Positions 54,786-64,000 are shown, numbered from the stretch's first letter. The stretch: DNA of 64,000 nucleotides from Salinispira sp. (GCA_965226555.1 CBDDDG010000001.1:88248-152247), one strand, 5' to 3'. Notes: generated by a model from the sequence alone, not told the origin. A program made the numbers and translations.

Positions 54786-56098
54786 GCCCTGTACTGTATT
54801 TGTCTTTCAGGAATTTTTTCCGGCATAATAGCCGCTACATCATCATATTGTACTCGCTCATTACCGTAACCGTTGTGTTTGTTATACAATTTGCCGTTAT
54901 GTCCGGGCTGCGGCAGAGTGTTTTGTCGAAAACATCGAGGTATTTTGCCGGAGATGTTGTTATACAGGCCTATAGGTTTACCAATGGCAATGGAGCGAGA
55001 ATTTTAATGCCCGATCTTTCGGAGCTCTACCAGTCCACCGAAGCCGATAAAAGAATTGAAACATGGGCGCAGCGAACCCTGTATTTGAGTACCCCGCGCA
55101 TATTCTTTAACGGCAGTAGTGTTAAACAGCGCAGAATCATTGGCGCAGAATGGGGGAGCGAAGCTCATGTTCTGCGGGAAATGTCATTCGTTGATGGAAC
55201 TGTTCCCGAAGAAGATGATCGCAATGGAATTCTCATATCAACGGCAGTATCGGAATTGCTCGGAGCGCGGACGGGCGATCAGGTGCTTCTCAAGGGCGCC
55301 AGAGGTAACAATCAACAGAACACCCGCCTATTCATTGTGCGGGGTATTTTTGATGAGGGGAGTTTTTTTGGTTATGCGAGTTATGTTCCCCGTCAGGCAT
55401 TGAACGAATTTCTTGGCTACTCTGATCATGTTGCCAACGAAGTAGGGGTGTTTTTGAACAGACCCCATAGCAAAGGGGCGCGTGAGACCTTCGCGCAGGA
55501 TATCCGTGAGAAACTTGAAGCGGAAACCGCATATACTGTTTTTCCGGTGCTGAACTCCCAGACCGAACGAGATCAATACCTGCGTGGAAAAACAGATAAA
55601 GACGGTATTTTTCTGGCAGTGCTCACGGTCGATGCGCAGGCATCTGAAATTACCGAGTTACTGAGAGCGCTCATAATTATCGCGGTAAGCATTATTAGTA
55701 TATTCGGCATACTCATTGCCATTGGTGTTTCAAATGCCTTCTCCACTATTGTATATGAGCGGCGTACCGAAATTGGCATGCTCCGAGCTCTGGGAATGCT
55801 TCCCGGGCGGGTGGTCGGTCTTTTTCTCGGCGAAATTATATTTCTGGTTATTATCGGCTGTACTATTGGCATTGTGCTGGGGATAATGATACTTTATATT
55901 GCAGGCAGTCTTATCGATGTTTCTCACAGCGCATTTATGTCCCTGTTTTTACAAAACGGAAAAATCCCATGGCACATTTCTGTGGGCGCTGTGCTGGGTA
56001 TTTTTGCCCTGAGTTTTGGCGCCTGCCTTTTCGGCGGTTTACAGGCCGTGTATAAAACATCTACCATTTCCCCCGTGGAAGCCCTGCGGCAGGAATGA
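54782..56098 (+). CDS. ABC transporter permease, FtsX/MacB-like (second)
   Basis: ATG 54782 overlaps the previous stop (ATGA). VYERRTEIGMLRALGMLPGRV. Confidence 0.8.
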   Translation: MSPVLYLSFRNFFRHNSRYIIILYSLITVTVVFVIQFAVMSGLRQSVLSKTSRYFAGDVVIQAYRFTNGNGARILMPDLSELYQSTEADKRIETWAQRTLYLSTPRIFFNGSSVKQRRIIGAEWGSEAHVLREMSFVDGTVPEEDDRNGILISTAVSELLGARTGDQVLLKGARGNNQQNTRLFIVRGIFDEGSFFGYASYVPRQALNEFLGYSDHVANEVGVFLNRPHSKGARETFAQDIREKLEAETAYTVFPVLNSQTERDQYLRGKTDKDGIFLAVLTVDAQASEITELLRALIIIAVSIISIFGILIAIGVSNAFSTIVYERRTEIGMLRALGMLPGRVVGLFLGEIIFLVIIGCTIGIVLGIMILYIAGSLIDVSHSAFMSLFLQNGKIPWHISVGAVLGIFALSFGACLFGGLQAVYKTSTISPVEALRQE

Positions 56099-56122
56099 GG
56101 TTGGCGAGAATCGGAGGTATCC

Positions 56123-56887
56123 ATGAACATACGAATTGTGTTTTTCATTTTGATATGCCTGATATGCGCGGGAGGAATGGCAGCGGCAGAAGATAATGCG
56201 GTGCTTGCCGGTATTGATGCGCAGGTTTTCTATACGAGCGACTTTTCCGCAGAGTATACCATTACCCAGTATAAACCCAACCAAGGGAGCAGCGTGACCA
56301 CTGCCGCTCTGTTTCGGCGCGATCCTGCCGATAAATACCTCATTCTCATTCTTGAGCCTGAAATTGATAAGGGAAAGGGATATCTGAAAATTGCGAATAA
56401 TCTCTGGCTCTATGACCCGGTGAGCCGCCGTTTTAATGTTACCAGTGCCCGAGACCGATTTGAAAATTCGAACGCAGCCAATGCCGATTTTACCCGTTCC
56501 ACGCTGGCTGCCGATTATACCATTGTTAATGAAACCCGGGAGCAGCTGGGGGTGTATACCACCCGCGTATACATGCTTGAGGCGCGGCATAACGAAGTTA
56601 CCTATCCGAAAATGAAAATATGGGTAGATGAAAATGAGTTGGTACGGAAATTTGAAGACTATAGCCTCTCAGGTCAGCTTCTGCGTACAACAGCAATTCC
56701 CCGCTATCTGATAGTAGGAGACCGCTACGTGCCTGTTCACATTGTCATTGTCGATGCTCTCAGGGGAGCGGAGGTCAATGGAAAATTTCAGAATGAGAGA
56801 ACAATTATAACAGTAGAAAAACCAGGCTTCAGCCCCCTCCCCGATCTTTTGTTTACCAAAGCATATCTGGAACGAGTGAGCCGATAA
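56123..56887 (+). CDS. Outer-membrane lipoprotein-sorting (LolA-like) protein
   Basis: Signal peptide, then DKYLILILEPEIDKGKGYLKIANNLWLYDPVSRR, typical of the LolA-like family found next to FtsX permeases. Confidence 0.65.
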   Translation: MNIRIVFFILICLICAGGMAAAEDNAVLAGIDAQVFYTSDFSAEYTITQYKPNQGSSVTTAALFRRDPADKYLILILEPEIDKGKGYLKIANNLWLYDPVSRRFNVTSARDRFENSNAANADFTRSTLAADYTIVNETREQLGVYTTRVYMLEARHNEVTYPKMKIWVDENELVRKFEDYSLSGQLLRTTAIPRYLIVGDRYVPVHIVIVDALRGAEVNGKFQNERTIITVEKPGFSPLPDLLFTKAYLERVSR

Positions 56888-56893
56888 AAACAG

Positions 56894-58192
56894 ATGAGCA
56901 GAAAAATGAGCCGCTATATTCATGGCAAAAATTTCGTATGTCTTTTTCTGTTGATGTTGATGCTGCCGGTGATGTATGTGTTCCCGCAGGATGCCCTTGA
57001 TGATCTTTTTTCTTCACCGGATGAAACCCTGAGCGATGACGGTGGCGGGGGCGAGGACGATGGCGATGGCAGCGGCGCTGAGGGCAGCGAGGACAGTGGC
57101 GCTGAGGGCAGCGAGGACAGTGGCGCGGACGGTGCTCTCGATGTTCTTGCCGGTATCAACACCGGCACCACTGTTAAAGGTTCTGTTTCCATGAGCGGCT
57201 CCGTGGTTGCCGGTTTTCACAACTGGGATTTTAGCACCGCCGGCGAAACGGTTTCAGCGTATTATGAACTACAATCGGGTGTTTCGCTCGATGTCCGCCC
57301 AACAAAGGAGCTTCGCTTCTTTTCATCTCTGAGCGTTGGGCTCGATGCGGATGACGTAAACATTACCGCCCCGGCAATAGGCGCGCTCTTTGTCGATTAT
57401 ACCCTCGCAGATACCGTGTTTTTCAGCTTCGGCAAGCAGGGGCTTACCTGGGGGCAGGGAAATGTAATTGCGAACCCCGGTAATCTTGTGGACGGCATAT
57501 CTAATGGAATATCATTAAAAGCCTTCATTCCGCTGGGAAACAACGGCCTGAGCGTGGTGATATATCCGGGCGGAACAAGCAGCAGCCCCAGGAATTTTGC
57601 CTATGCTGCCCTCTTCGAATTTTCGGCGGGGCCGCTCAATTTCGGCCTGTCCGGAAAGTTTCAGCGGGAGCTGGATCAGGCGCTCAGTGTCAATGCCTAT
57701 CTCAAAACGGTTATCGCTGGCATCGATGTTGCCCTCGAAAGCCGGGTTGATTTTGACACCTACCCCGAACGCGAGGGCTATGTGCCGCCGAAAGTGCAGG
57801 CGGTCAGTAATGTGTTCTGGGAATCGGATATTGGGATCCGTCTGTTTGGTGAGTATTTTTTTGCATACGGCCCGCAGGAGGTCATACACATATCGGAAAC
57901 GGAGACGGTTCCAGCCGAAGCGGGTACGCACATTGGGGGCGTCGGCATGCTCTTTCCAGATTTGTTTGGAGGCGATTGGAGCCCGGGCCTCCGATGGTTT
58001 CATAACTTCAGCGATGGTTCCGGGCAGGTAGCCGCGGGAATAACAGGCACAATTGCGCCGAATCTTCGGCTTAACATCGCTATTCCAGCGGTATACGGCG
58101 CGTCATACGGACATTATCAGCGAAACAATGCAGACCCTGAAGGGCGCAGATTATCCGTAGTAACCCAGCTTACGCTCAGCGCATCATTTTGA
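56894..58192 (+). CDS. Secreted/outer-membrane protein of unknown function with an acidic tandem repeat
   Basis: Signal peptide (FVCLFLLMLMLPVMYVFPQDA), a GAEGSEDS x2 repeat (24-bp units at 57074-57121), a beta-rich remainder ending in SF. Confidence 0.5.
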   Translation: MSRKMSRYIHGKNFVCLFLLMLMLPVMYVFPQDALDDLFSSPDETLSDDGGGGEDDGDGSGAEGSEDSGAEGSEDSGADGALDVLAGINTGTTVKGSVSMSGSVVAGFHNWDFSTAGETVSAYYELQSGVSLDVRPTKELRFFSSLSVGLDADDVNITAPAIGALFVDYTLADTVFFSFGKQGLTWGQGNVIANPGNLVDGISNGISLKAFIPLGNNGLSVVIYPGGTSSSPRNFAYAALFEFSAGPLNFGLSGKFQRELDQALSVNAYLKTVIAGIDVALESRVDFDTYPEREGYVPPKVQAVSNVFWESDIGIRLFGEYFFAYGPQEVIHISETETVPAEAGTHIGGVGMLFPDLFGGDWSPGLRWFHNFSDGSGQVAAGITGTIAPNLRLNIAIPAVYGASYGHYQRNNADPEGRRLSVVTQLTLSASF

Positions 58193-58234
58193 CTTTCTGT
58201 ACAGAACCCTTTATCATGCAGGTTCAGGAGTACC

Positions 58235-59131
58235 ATGATTATACGTGAAGAACTCATCCAGGAAATAATGAAAATTATCCTGCAGGCGGGAGATGCGGTG
58301 CTTGCCGTGTATAATGACGATTATTCTGTTGAGTATAAGGAGGACAGGTCACCGGTAACCGAAGCCGATCGGATGTCCGATGAAATTATCCGGCGCAGGC
58401 TTGAAAATCTCCAAAAAAACATACCCATTGTTTCCGAAGAAAGCGAACAGCCCCCAACGAAGGAACGGCAGCAGTGGGAAGAATTTTGGCTTGTTGATCC
58501 TCTTGACGGTACACGGGAATTTATGAAGAGAAACGGAGAGTTCACGGTAAACATTGCTCTGGTGCGGAAGGAAGAGAATGATTCGGTATGGCTTCCGGTT
58601 TTCGGCATTGTGTATGCTCCCATAATGGATGAAGCCTATTTGGGCTGGATATATGGCGATTCGCATAATACTGATGTTCTGCCCGGGCAGGCCTATAAAA
58701 TAATGAATATGAGAAATACCCATGCCTATTGGCGGGAAAATGCACAGCGGCTGGTTCCACTACGGCGAATGGATCGTGTGAACCTGCCTCTGCACATTGT
58801 GAGGAGCAGGAGCCATCGCAATGAGGAAACATCAACATTCATCCGGAAACTGAAAAATACTATGGGTGAGGTTAAAATAATGCAGCGCGGAAGTTGTCTG
58901 AAAATGTGCGAAGTCGCATCTGGAGCGGCGCATGCATACCCCCGATTTTTCCCGACCATGGAATGGGATACTGCTGCTGCCCATGCCGTATGCAGGGCGG
59001 TGGGTGTTTCTGTCATCGATACAGAACACTGCAGGACGCTTACCTATAATAAGGACGAGCTCCGCAACCCTGGCATTCTCGTTACCGGTATCCGGCAGAT
59101 TGAGGAATTTTTATGCGGCCATATCAGCTGA
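58235..59131 (+). CDS. cysQ: 3'(2'),5'-bisphosphate nucleotidase
   Basis: SPVTEADR, VSEES, WLVDPLDGTREF, WDTAAAHAV. Confidence 0.8.
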   Translation: MIIREELIQEIMKIILQAGDAVLAVYNDDYSVEYKEDRSPVTEADRMSDEIIRRRLENLQKNIPIVSEESEQPPTKERQQWEEFWLVDPLDGTREFMKRNGEFTVNIALVRKEENDSVWLPVFGIVYAPIMDEAYLGWIYGDSHNTDVLPGQAYKIMNMRNTHAYWRENAQRLVPLRRMDRVNLPLHIVRSRSHRNEETSTFIRKLKNTMGEVKIMQRGSCLKMCEVASGAAHAYPRFFPTMEWDTAAAHAVCRAVGVSVIDTEHCRTLTYNKDELRNPGILVTGIRQIEEFLCGHIS

Positions 59132-60018
59132 ATCATCTGCGAACCCTCGAATCGGAGGCCATATATGTTCTCAGAGAAGTTGCATCGGAGTTTGAACGTC
59201 CGGTTATGCTTTTTTCCGGCGGCAAGGACTCAATCTGCATGGCGCATTTGGCGCGCAAGGCATTTTACCCCGGAAAAATTCCATTCCCGCTTTTGCATGT
59301 CGATACCGGACATAATTTTCCTGAAACCATAGAATTTCGCGACCGTTTTATTACAGAAATTGATGTGCGGCTTATTGTTGCCCATGTTCAGAATTCTATT
59401 GATGCCGGGCGGGTCGTTGAAGAACACGGTCCGCATGCCAGCAGAAATGCTCTTCAAACGGTTACCCTGCTGGATGCCCTCAGAGAACATAATTATGATG
59501 CGGCAATGGGAGGCGCGCGCCGCGATGAGGAAAAAGCCCGCGCGAAGGAACGGTTTTTTTCCTTTCGCAACCGTTTCGGTCAGTGGGATCCGAAAAATCA
59601 ACGCCCGGAATTGTGGAATATCTTCAATACGCAGAAACACAAAGACGAACATTTCCGCGTGTTCCCCATTTCCAACTGGACTGAGCTTGATATTTGGAGC
59701 TACATCGCGCTTGAAAATATATCCATACCATCGCTCTATTTCACGCACCGTCGGGAGGTTCTTTTCCGTAACGGAACAATACTTGCAAACAGCGATGCTA
59801 TTGAAAAACTTCCCGGTGAACATGCTGCCACTATCAGGGTTCGTTTCAGAACCATCGGCGACATGACCTGTACCGGCGCCGTACGAAGTTCGGCGACCAG
59901 TGTGGAGGAAATTATATGTGAGCTTGCTTCAACCCGCACGACCGAACGGGGAAACCGTACCGACGATAAGCGCAGCGAGACCGCTATGGAAGACCGTAAA
60001 AAACAGGGATACTTCTGA
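59113..60018 (+). CDS. cysD: Sulfate adenylyltransferase subunit 2
   Basis: LRTLESEAIYVLREVASEFERPVMLFSGGKDS, HVDTGHNFPE, GARRDEEKARAKERFFSFR, NWTELDIW. Confidence 0.9.
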   Translation: MRPYQLNHLRTLESEAIYVLREVASEFERPVMLFSGGKDSICMAHLARKAFYPGKIPFPLLHVDTGHNFPETIEFRDRFITEIDVRLIVAHVQNSIDAGRVVEEHGPHASRNALQTVTLLDALREHNYDAAMGGARRDEEKARAKERFFSFRNRFGQWDPKNQRPELWNIFNTQKHKDEHFRVFPISNWTELDIWSYIALENISIPSLYFTHRREVLFRNGTILANSDAIEKLPGEHAATIRVRFRTIGDMTCTGAVRSSATSVEEIICELASTRTTERGNRTDDKRSETAMEDRKKQGYF

Positions 60019-60192
60019 CCGCAGCTTTGCCCGCCGCAGATGCGCGCGCTGTGAACAGGAGCTTTGCTGACCGCAACTTTGCAAAAGTTTCTGATATTGT
60101 GTAATATATTGAAAAATGACGGTGGAAATGTGAGAATGTATTGATGTTTCCCTGAAACATCTTATCAAAACTAACTTTTTTAGGAGAGTAAA

Positions 60193-62343
60193 ATGATACT
60201 TTTCAATACACGTACTAAAACAGGGAAGTACTCCCTGTTTGTCGTATTCTTAGTGGTGCTTGCCGTGCTGCTTGCTGGGTGTCCAATGCCGGAACCAAGC
60301 CCTGAACCCGATCCAATGACGGAACCGGAACCAATGACGCCGGGCACCATGGACGCCCCAACCCTTGAAGCGGGGAATGGTCAACTAACGGTTAACTGGA
60401 CTCCGCCCGCTGATAACGGTGGCAGCCCCATTACCGCGTATGAACTTCGCCATAGCGATGACGGCGGGAGCAACTGGTCGGAGGATATTACTACAGCCGA
60501 CGCGCCAGCCGCAAGCGCCGCCATCACGAACCTGACAAACGGCACCCCCTACGTCGCGCAGGTGCGCGCACGGAACAGCGCGGGCGCAGGCGACTGGTCG
60601 GGATCGAGCGATGGAGCAATACCTATTACCGTTCCCCTCGCGCCGAATGCGTTTACGCTCGCAGTGAGTATGCAAACAATTACCGCGTCATGGGCTGCTC
60701 CGACCGATACTGGAGGCAGCGCCATTATTCGCTATGAACTACAATATCGCGTAGTCGGAACACGCGCGTGGGAATCTGCCACCGCCGATGCCGACACCTA
60801 CACCCTCACCATCCCCAACCTGACAAAAGGTGCAGAGTATGAGGCGCAGGTCTACGCTGTCAATGGTCAGGGCAATGGCAACCCAACGGAAATTATGAAA
60901 ATAACAATTCCGGCTACCAAACCCGCAGCGCTGTCCGCTCCTACGCTCACAGGCGGAAACGCCCAGATCACCGCAGCATGGACGGCGCCCGATGACGGCG
61001 GCAGCCCCATTACCGAGTACCATGTGCAGCACAGAACAAGCGCCGCTAGCACATGGTCAACGACCGATACAGATAACATCGCCACTATTACTGATGGTAC
61101 CACGAGCCACCCCATTACCGGGCTGACAAACGGTGCCTCCTACCACGTACGGGTGCGCGCGGTCAACGATATCGGCACTAGCGACTGGTCTACACCTGCA
61201 ACGGGAACAACGGTAATTTCTGCGACACAGACTACTTCTTCGGGTACGGCAGCGACGGTAGACCTTTCGGCTGCCGCTATGACCATTATTGCCGATGAGA
61301 CCCCAACCGTTGCTTTGACCGTGGTGGAACCGGGCACTCTCGCGGTTAGTGGATCAGGAGACATTACAGTCACCGCCGCAACTGCGCCCGGTACGGTCAC
61401 CCCTCCGACAGTTGATTCGGGTACCGGAGCTGTTACGGTTACCGCGACGACAACGGCAGGAACATATCTGGTATATGGCAGCAAAGCCGGAGACATACTG
61501 TTTGCCGAATATTTTTACGTTACCGTGAGTCCTGCTGATAACGCTGCACTGGACACAGCGGTAGCTGCGGGAATAAGTAATTGGGGCAATACTGCCGATC
61601 TCAACTACATTGTTACCACGGCAGTAACGGATATGACCGATATTTTCAAGGGTACACTTGGCGATCCAAACATGTTCAATGGCGATATCTCCGGTTGGGA
61701 TGTCAGTAAGGTAACGACTATGGAAAATATGTTCAATTATGCAAGCGCATTCAATGGCGATATCTCCGGCTGGGATACCAGCGCGGTAACGAGTATGAAC
61801 TATATGTTCAGTTACGCATTCGCATTCAATGGCGATATCTCCGGCTGGGATGTCAGCGCGGTAACGAATATGTTCCATATGTTCGATGGCGCAAGAGTAT
61901 TTAATGGCGATATCTCACTCTGGGATGTCAGTAAGGTAACGAATATGATCTTTATGTTCAGTTACGCAAGCGCATTCAATGGCGATATTTCCGGCTGGAA
62001 TACTCGCGCGGTAACGAATATGAACTATATGTTCTGGGATGCATTCGCATTCAATGCCGATATTTCCGGCTGGGATGTCAGCAATGTAACGGGTATGGGT
62101 TATATGTTCAATAGCGCAAGAGCATTCAATGCCGATATCTCGGGCTGGGATGTCAGTTCGGTAGCGATTACGAGCAATATGTTCAATGGAGCAAGGGCAT
62201 TCAATCAAAATCTTGAGGAGTGGAAGGATCATTGGTCGACTGCTGCCGGGACGCTTGATGCCGCTGGCACATACACCGGAAACAAAGCAGATATGTTTAC
62301 GGATTCCGGCGTAACAGGTAATCTGATTCCGTCATGGTTTTAG
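60193..62343 (+). CDS. Surface lipoprotein: three fibronectin type III modules + DUF285 (BspA-like, Mycoplasma-type) repeats
   Basis: Lipobox LLAGC. Three FN3-like units (W.PP.DNGGSPIT.YEL...Y...VRA.N..G.G.WS). About nine ~26-aa repeats (FNGDISGWDVSxVTNMxxMF). Confidence 0.8.
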   Translation: MILFNTRTKTGKYSLFVVFLVVLAVLLAGCPMPEPSPEPDPMTEPEPMTPGTMDAPTLEAGNGQLTVNWTPPADNGGSPITAYELRHSDDGGSNWSEDITTADAPAASAAITNLTNGTPYVAQVRARNSAGAGDWSGSSDGAIPITVPLAPNAFTLAVSMQTITASWAAPTDTGGSAIIRYELQYRVVGTRAWESATADADTYTLTIPNLTKGAEYEAQVYAVNGQGNGNPTEIMKITIPATKPAALSAPTLTGGNAQITAAWTAPDDGGSPITEYHVQHRTSAASTWSTTDTDNIATITDGTTSHPITGLTNGASYHVRVRAVNDIGTSDWSTPATGTTVISATQTTSSGTAATVDLSAAAMTIIADETPTVALTVVEPGTLAVSGSGDITVTAATAPGTVTPPTVDSGTGAVTVTATTTAGTYLVYGSKAGDILFAEYFYVTVSPADNAALDTAVAAGISNWGNTADLNYIVTTAVTDMTDIFKGTLGDPNMFNGDISGWDVSKVTTMENMFNYASAFNGDISGWDTSAVTSMNYMFSYAFAFNGDISGWDVSAVTNMFHMFDGARVFNGDISLWDVSKVTNMIFMFSYASAFNGDISGWNTRAVTNMNYMFWDAFAFNADISGWDVSNVTGMGYMFNSARAFNADISGWDVSSVAITSNMFNGARAFNQNLEEWKDHWSTAAGTLDAAGTYTGNKADMFTDSGVTGNLIPSWF
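61672..62214 (+). repeat. ~78-bp tandem coding repeats (DUF285 units)
   Basis: Recurrent TTCAATGGCGATATCTCCGGCTGGGATGTCAG...GTAACGAATATG. Confidence 0.8.
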
Positions 62344-62461
62344 TAGTTTCATAGCCCGCAGGGGCTATTGAAACCCTGCAACTCCGGCAGGCGCGGGTTG
62401 GGGTGTTCATAGCCCGCAATGGCCATGAGAAAATTTCTCACCTACTTTCAGGAATTGTTAC

Positions 62462-63550
62462 ATGTTTGTATCGACCATTACCTACATTGCGCTTGCCTTT
62501 GGCATTAACCTTATGTTAACTCCCATCATCATTCGAATAAGCCATAAATATAACTGGTACGATACTCCCGACAACCGGAAAATTCATACCGAAAAAACTC
62601 CCCGCATTGGCGGAATAGGCTTATTCCTTTCCTTTAGCCTCTCCGTCCTCGTTCTTGCCCTCTTCCGCCGCTTCACCGATCAGTTCATACCCATGCAGTT
62701 TTTTACAAGCAGAAATCTGCTTCTTTTCCTTGGTTTCATTCTTGTTCATGTCATTGGCCTCGTGGACGATTTCCATAACATTCCCGCCTTGTACAAGCTG
62801 GGCGGGCAGATTCTTGCGGGCGCCTTCGTTGCGCTCGGGGGAGCGCTTATCGATGGAATATATCTGCCGATAGCAGGCATTACTATTCCCCTCGGTCCCA
62901 TGAGCGGTGTGGTAACAATTTTCTGGCTCATTTCCATTTCAAATGCGGTTAATCTCATTGATGGTATGGATGGCCTTGCCGGCAGCACGGTGCTCATTGC
63001 CTCCGGGGCAATAGGGCTGGTACACCTGCTTGCGGGAAACAATGCCGGTGCGCTGTATAGTTTCATACTTTGCGGGTCGGTTCTGGCATTTCTGTTTTTC
63101 AATAAACCGCGAGCGCATATATTCATGGGCGATTCCGGTTCGCTGTTTCTGGGTTTTGTGCTTGGTTCGCTGGCATTTATCGGCCCGGGCGATTCATCGG
63201 TTCCTTTACGGCATTTCGAAGAGGGATTTATTATTACTTCAACAGTTTTGATCATTCCTATTGCCGATATGTTTGCTTCAATACTGCGGCGTATTAGAAT
63301 GAAGAAGCCAATTTATGCTCCAGACAAGGCGCACATCCACCATAAACTTTTATCGCTCGGTATGTCGCCGAAGGCAATTCTGGCAGTTGTTACTGTCGTC
63401 AATCTTCTTATGGCTGGAGCAGTTATTGCTCGGGAGTTTTACATATTGAGGAATGAGACAGTTGCGGGAGACATTCTCCTGCTCGCTGCTTGGCTGGCGG
63501 TCATTATATTGTTTCTCATACTACATTACGTACATCAACGGCGTGGATAA
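62462..63550 (+). CDS. Undecaprenyl-phosphate sugar-1-phosphate transferase, MraY/WecA family
   Basis: 362 aa polytopic protein. NAVNLIDGMDGLAG, FMGDSGSLFLG, IHHKL. Confidence 0.8.
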   Translation: MFVSTITYIALAFGINLMLTPIIIRISHKYNWYDTPDNRKIHTEKTPRIGGIGLFLSFSLSVLVLALFRRFTDQFIPMQFFTSRNLLLFLGFILVHVIGLVDDFHNIPALYKLGGQILAGAFVALGGALIDGIYLPIAGITIPLGPMSGVVTIFWLISISNAVNLIDGMDGLAGSTVLIASGAIGLVHLLAGNNAGALYSFILCGSVLAFLFFNKPRAHIFMGDSGSLFLGFVLGSLAFIGPGDSSVPLRHFEEGFIITSTVLIIPIADMFASILRRIRMKKPIYAPDKAHIHHKLLSLGMSPKAILAVVTVVNLLMAGAVIAREFYILRNETVAGDILLLAAWLAVIILFLILHYVHQRRG

Positions 63551-63629
63551 GCGCGCAGACGCCGCAGGCAGGGGCGCAGATAGCTTAGCTCGCGCCCGGA
63601 TGGATAAATGCCGCTCGCGTATGCACTAT

Positions 63630-64000
63630 TCAAATTGACAATCCCAGAAGAATGTTCAGATAGTTTGCGCTCTTGCGGGCATCTTCAACAAGTTCTGCAT
63701 TCCATACCTCTTCATGGGTGTATCCTATGCCGAGGTCTATACGAAAATCGGGAGAGATGAGGAATGCAGCATGTATGTCGATGTTGAATTGCAGATTATG
63801 CTCAATAAGGTTCTGGGTGAGAAAACGGGTGTAGGGTTGTCCGGTGGGATCCTCATATGGAGCCTGAAAGGTGGGCGTACTGCCAATGTACCCCGGGTCA
63901 AAAAGATCTCCGGCGCTCCCCTGAATAATGCCCTCGCTGGCGTTGCCGTGGCGTATGAGCTGGATGCCCGCCCCAAGGCGCAGAGTATGGAACCAGTCCG
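63630..64000 (-). CDS. Partial CDS (C-terminal 123 codons; starts beyond window end), hypothetical, possibly a beta-barrel protein
   Basis: Hand translation of the minus strand gives ...WFHTLRLGAGIQLIRHGNASEGIIQGSAGDLFDPGYIGSTPTFQAPYEDPTGQPYTRFLTQNLIEHNLQFNIDIHAAFLISPDFRIDLGIGYTHEEVWNAELVEDARKSANYLNILLGLSI*. The frame is open to the window edge. Confidence 0.4.
   Translation of the reverse strand, partial: DWFHTLRLGAGIQLIRHGNASEGIIQGSAGDLFDPGYIGSTPTFQAPYEDPTGQPYTRFLTQNLIEHNLQFNIDIHAAFLISPDFRIDLGIGYTHEEVWNAELVEDARKSANYLNILLGLSI

Noticed and set aside
61140-62232. Minus-strand ORFs (118, 174 and 105 aa) inside the FN3/DUF285 gene
   Set aside because: They are periodic shadows of the 78-bp coding repeats (recurrent IPAGDIAIECE...). 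They lie antisense to a gene with a lipobox and domain repeats.
62344-62461. Possible intrinsic terminator after the surface-protein gene (ATAGCCC-GCAG-GGGCTAT at about 62352-62372, with a partial second copy at about 62411)
   Set aside because: The stem is short (7 bp) and no U-tract follows. I did not list it as a feature. It could still be a weak terminator or part of a small repeat.
63737-63976. 79-aa minus-strand ORF from the track
   Set aside because: A different minus-strand frame is open from the window edge to a TGA at 63630-63632 and gives a more protein-like sequence. The 79-aa ORF overlaps that frame out of phase.
1-64000. Search by eye for rRNA, tRNA, tmRNA, prophage or integrase/att modules
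   Set aside because: I recognised no cloverleaf-like or rRNA-like segments and no tyrosine or serine integrase. Almost all of the window is covered by protein-coding genes or identified repeats. A proper tRNAscan-SE/Infernal run is needed to be certain.

Overview
64-kb chromosomal segment of a moderately GC-rich bacterium. The gene content (tandem Rpn-nuclease paralogues, an FN3/DUF285 surface protein, an FtsX-FtsX-LolA-like operon) suggests a Treponema-like spirochaete, but the taxon is only an inference.

(1) 1-13.7 kb, minus strand: core genes. The rpsF-ssb operon is followed by a PKQEA-pentapeptide repeat protein that runs off the window. Then manC, an epimerase, rsmG, mnmG, corA, an M16 peptidase, a TPR protein and fumC.

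(2) 13.7-18.5 kb: an AT-rich accessory island. It holds a decayed R-M methyltransferase gene and a four-gene operon with overlapping junctions: a SocA/Panacea-like protein, a small PD-(D/E)xK protein, a TGT-like CxCxxC protein and a SIR2 protein. This operon is my best candidate for an undescribed defence/conflict system.

(3) 18.5-44.7 kb, plus strand: an aldo/keto reductase, a small lipoprotein cluster, and a ~23-kb compositionally mosaic surface-polysaccharide locus. The locus contains a flippase, a neuB/neuA-HAD nonulosonic-acid module, a polymerase, glycosyltransferases, a bi-domain oxidoreductase/heparinase-like/WbuB/wecB/wecC block, gmd/fcl, an ABC exporter and a Wzz-like protein. It is interrupted by an IS3-family insertion with a 3-bp target duplication and carries an IS5-like remnant.

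(4) 44.9-51.7 kb, minus strand: five tandem Rpn-family nuclease paralogues. Two are broken by a ~131-bp hairpin-rich MITE-like element. The array is capped by an IS481-like element.

(5) 53.3-64 kb: an FtsX/FtsX/LolA-like/OM-protein operon, cysQ-cysD, an FN3+DUF285 surface protein, a WecA/MraY-family transferase and a partial ORF.

A 98-bp inverted duplication of the manC 3-prime end brackets 17.5 kb and suggests a past or possible inversion. I recognised no rRNA, tRNA or CRISPR array by eye. All domain calls come from motif recognition in the supplied translations, not from searches.
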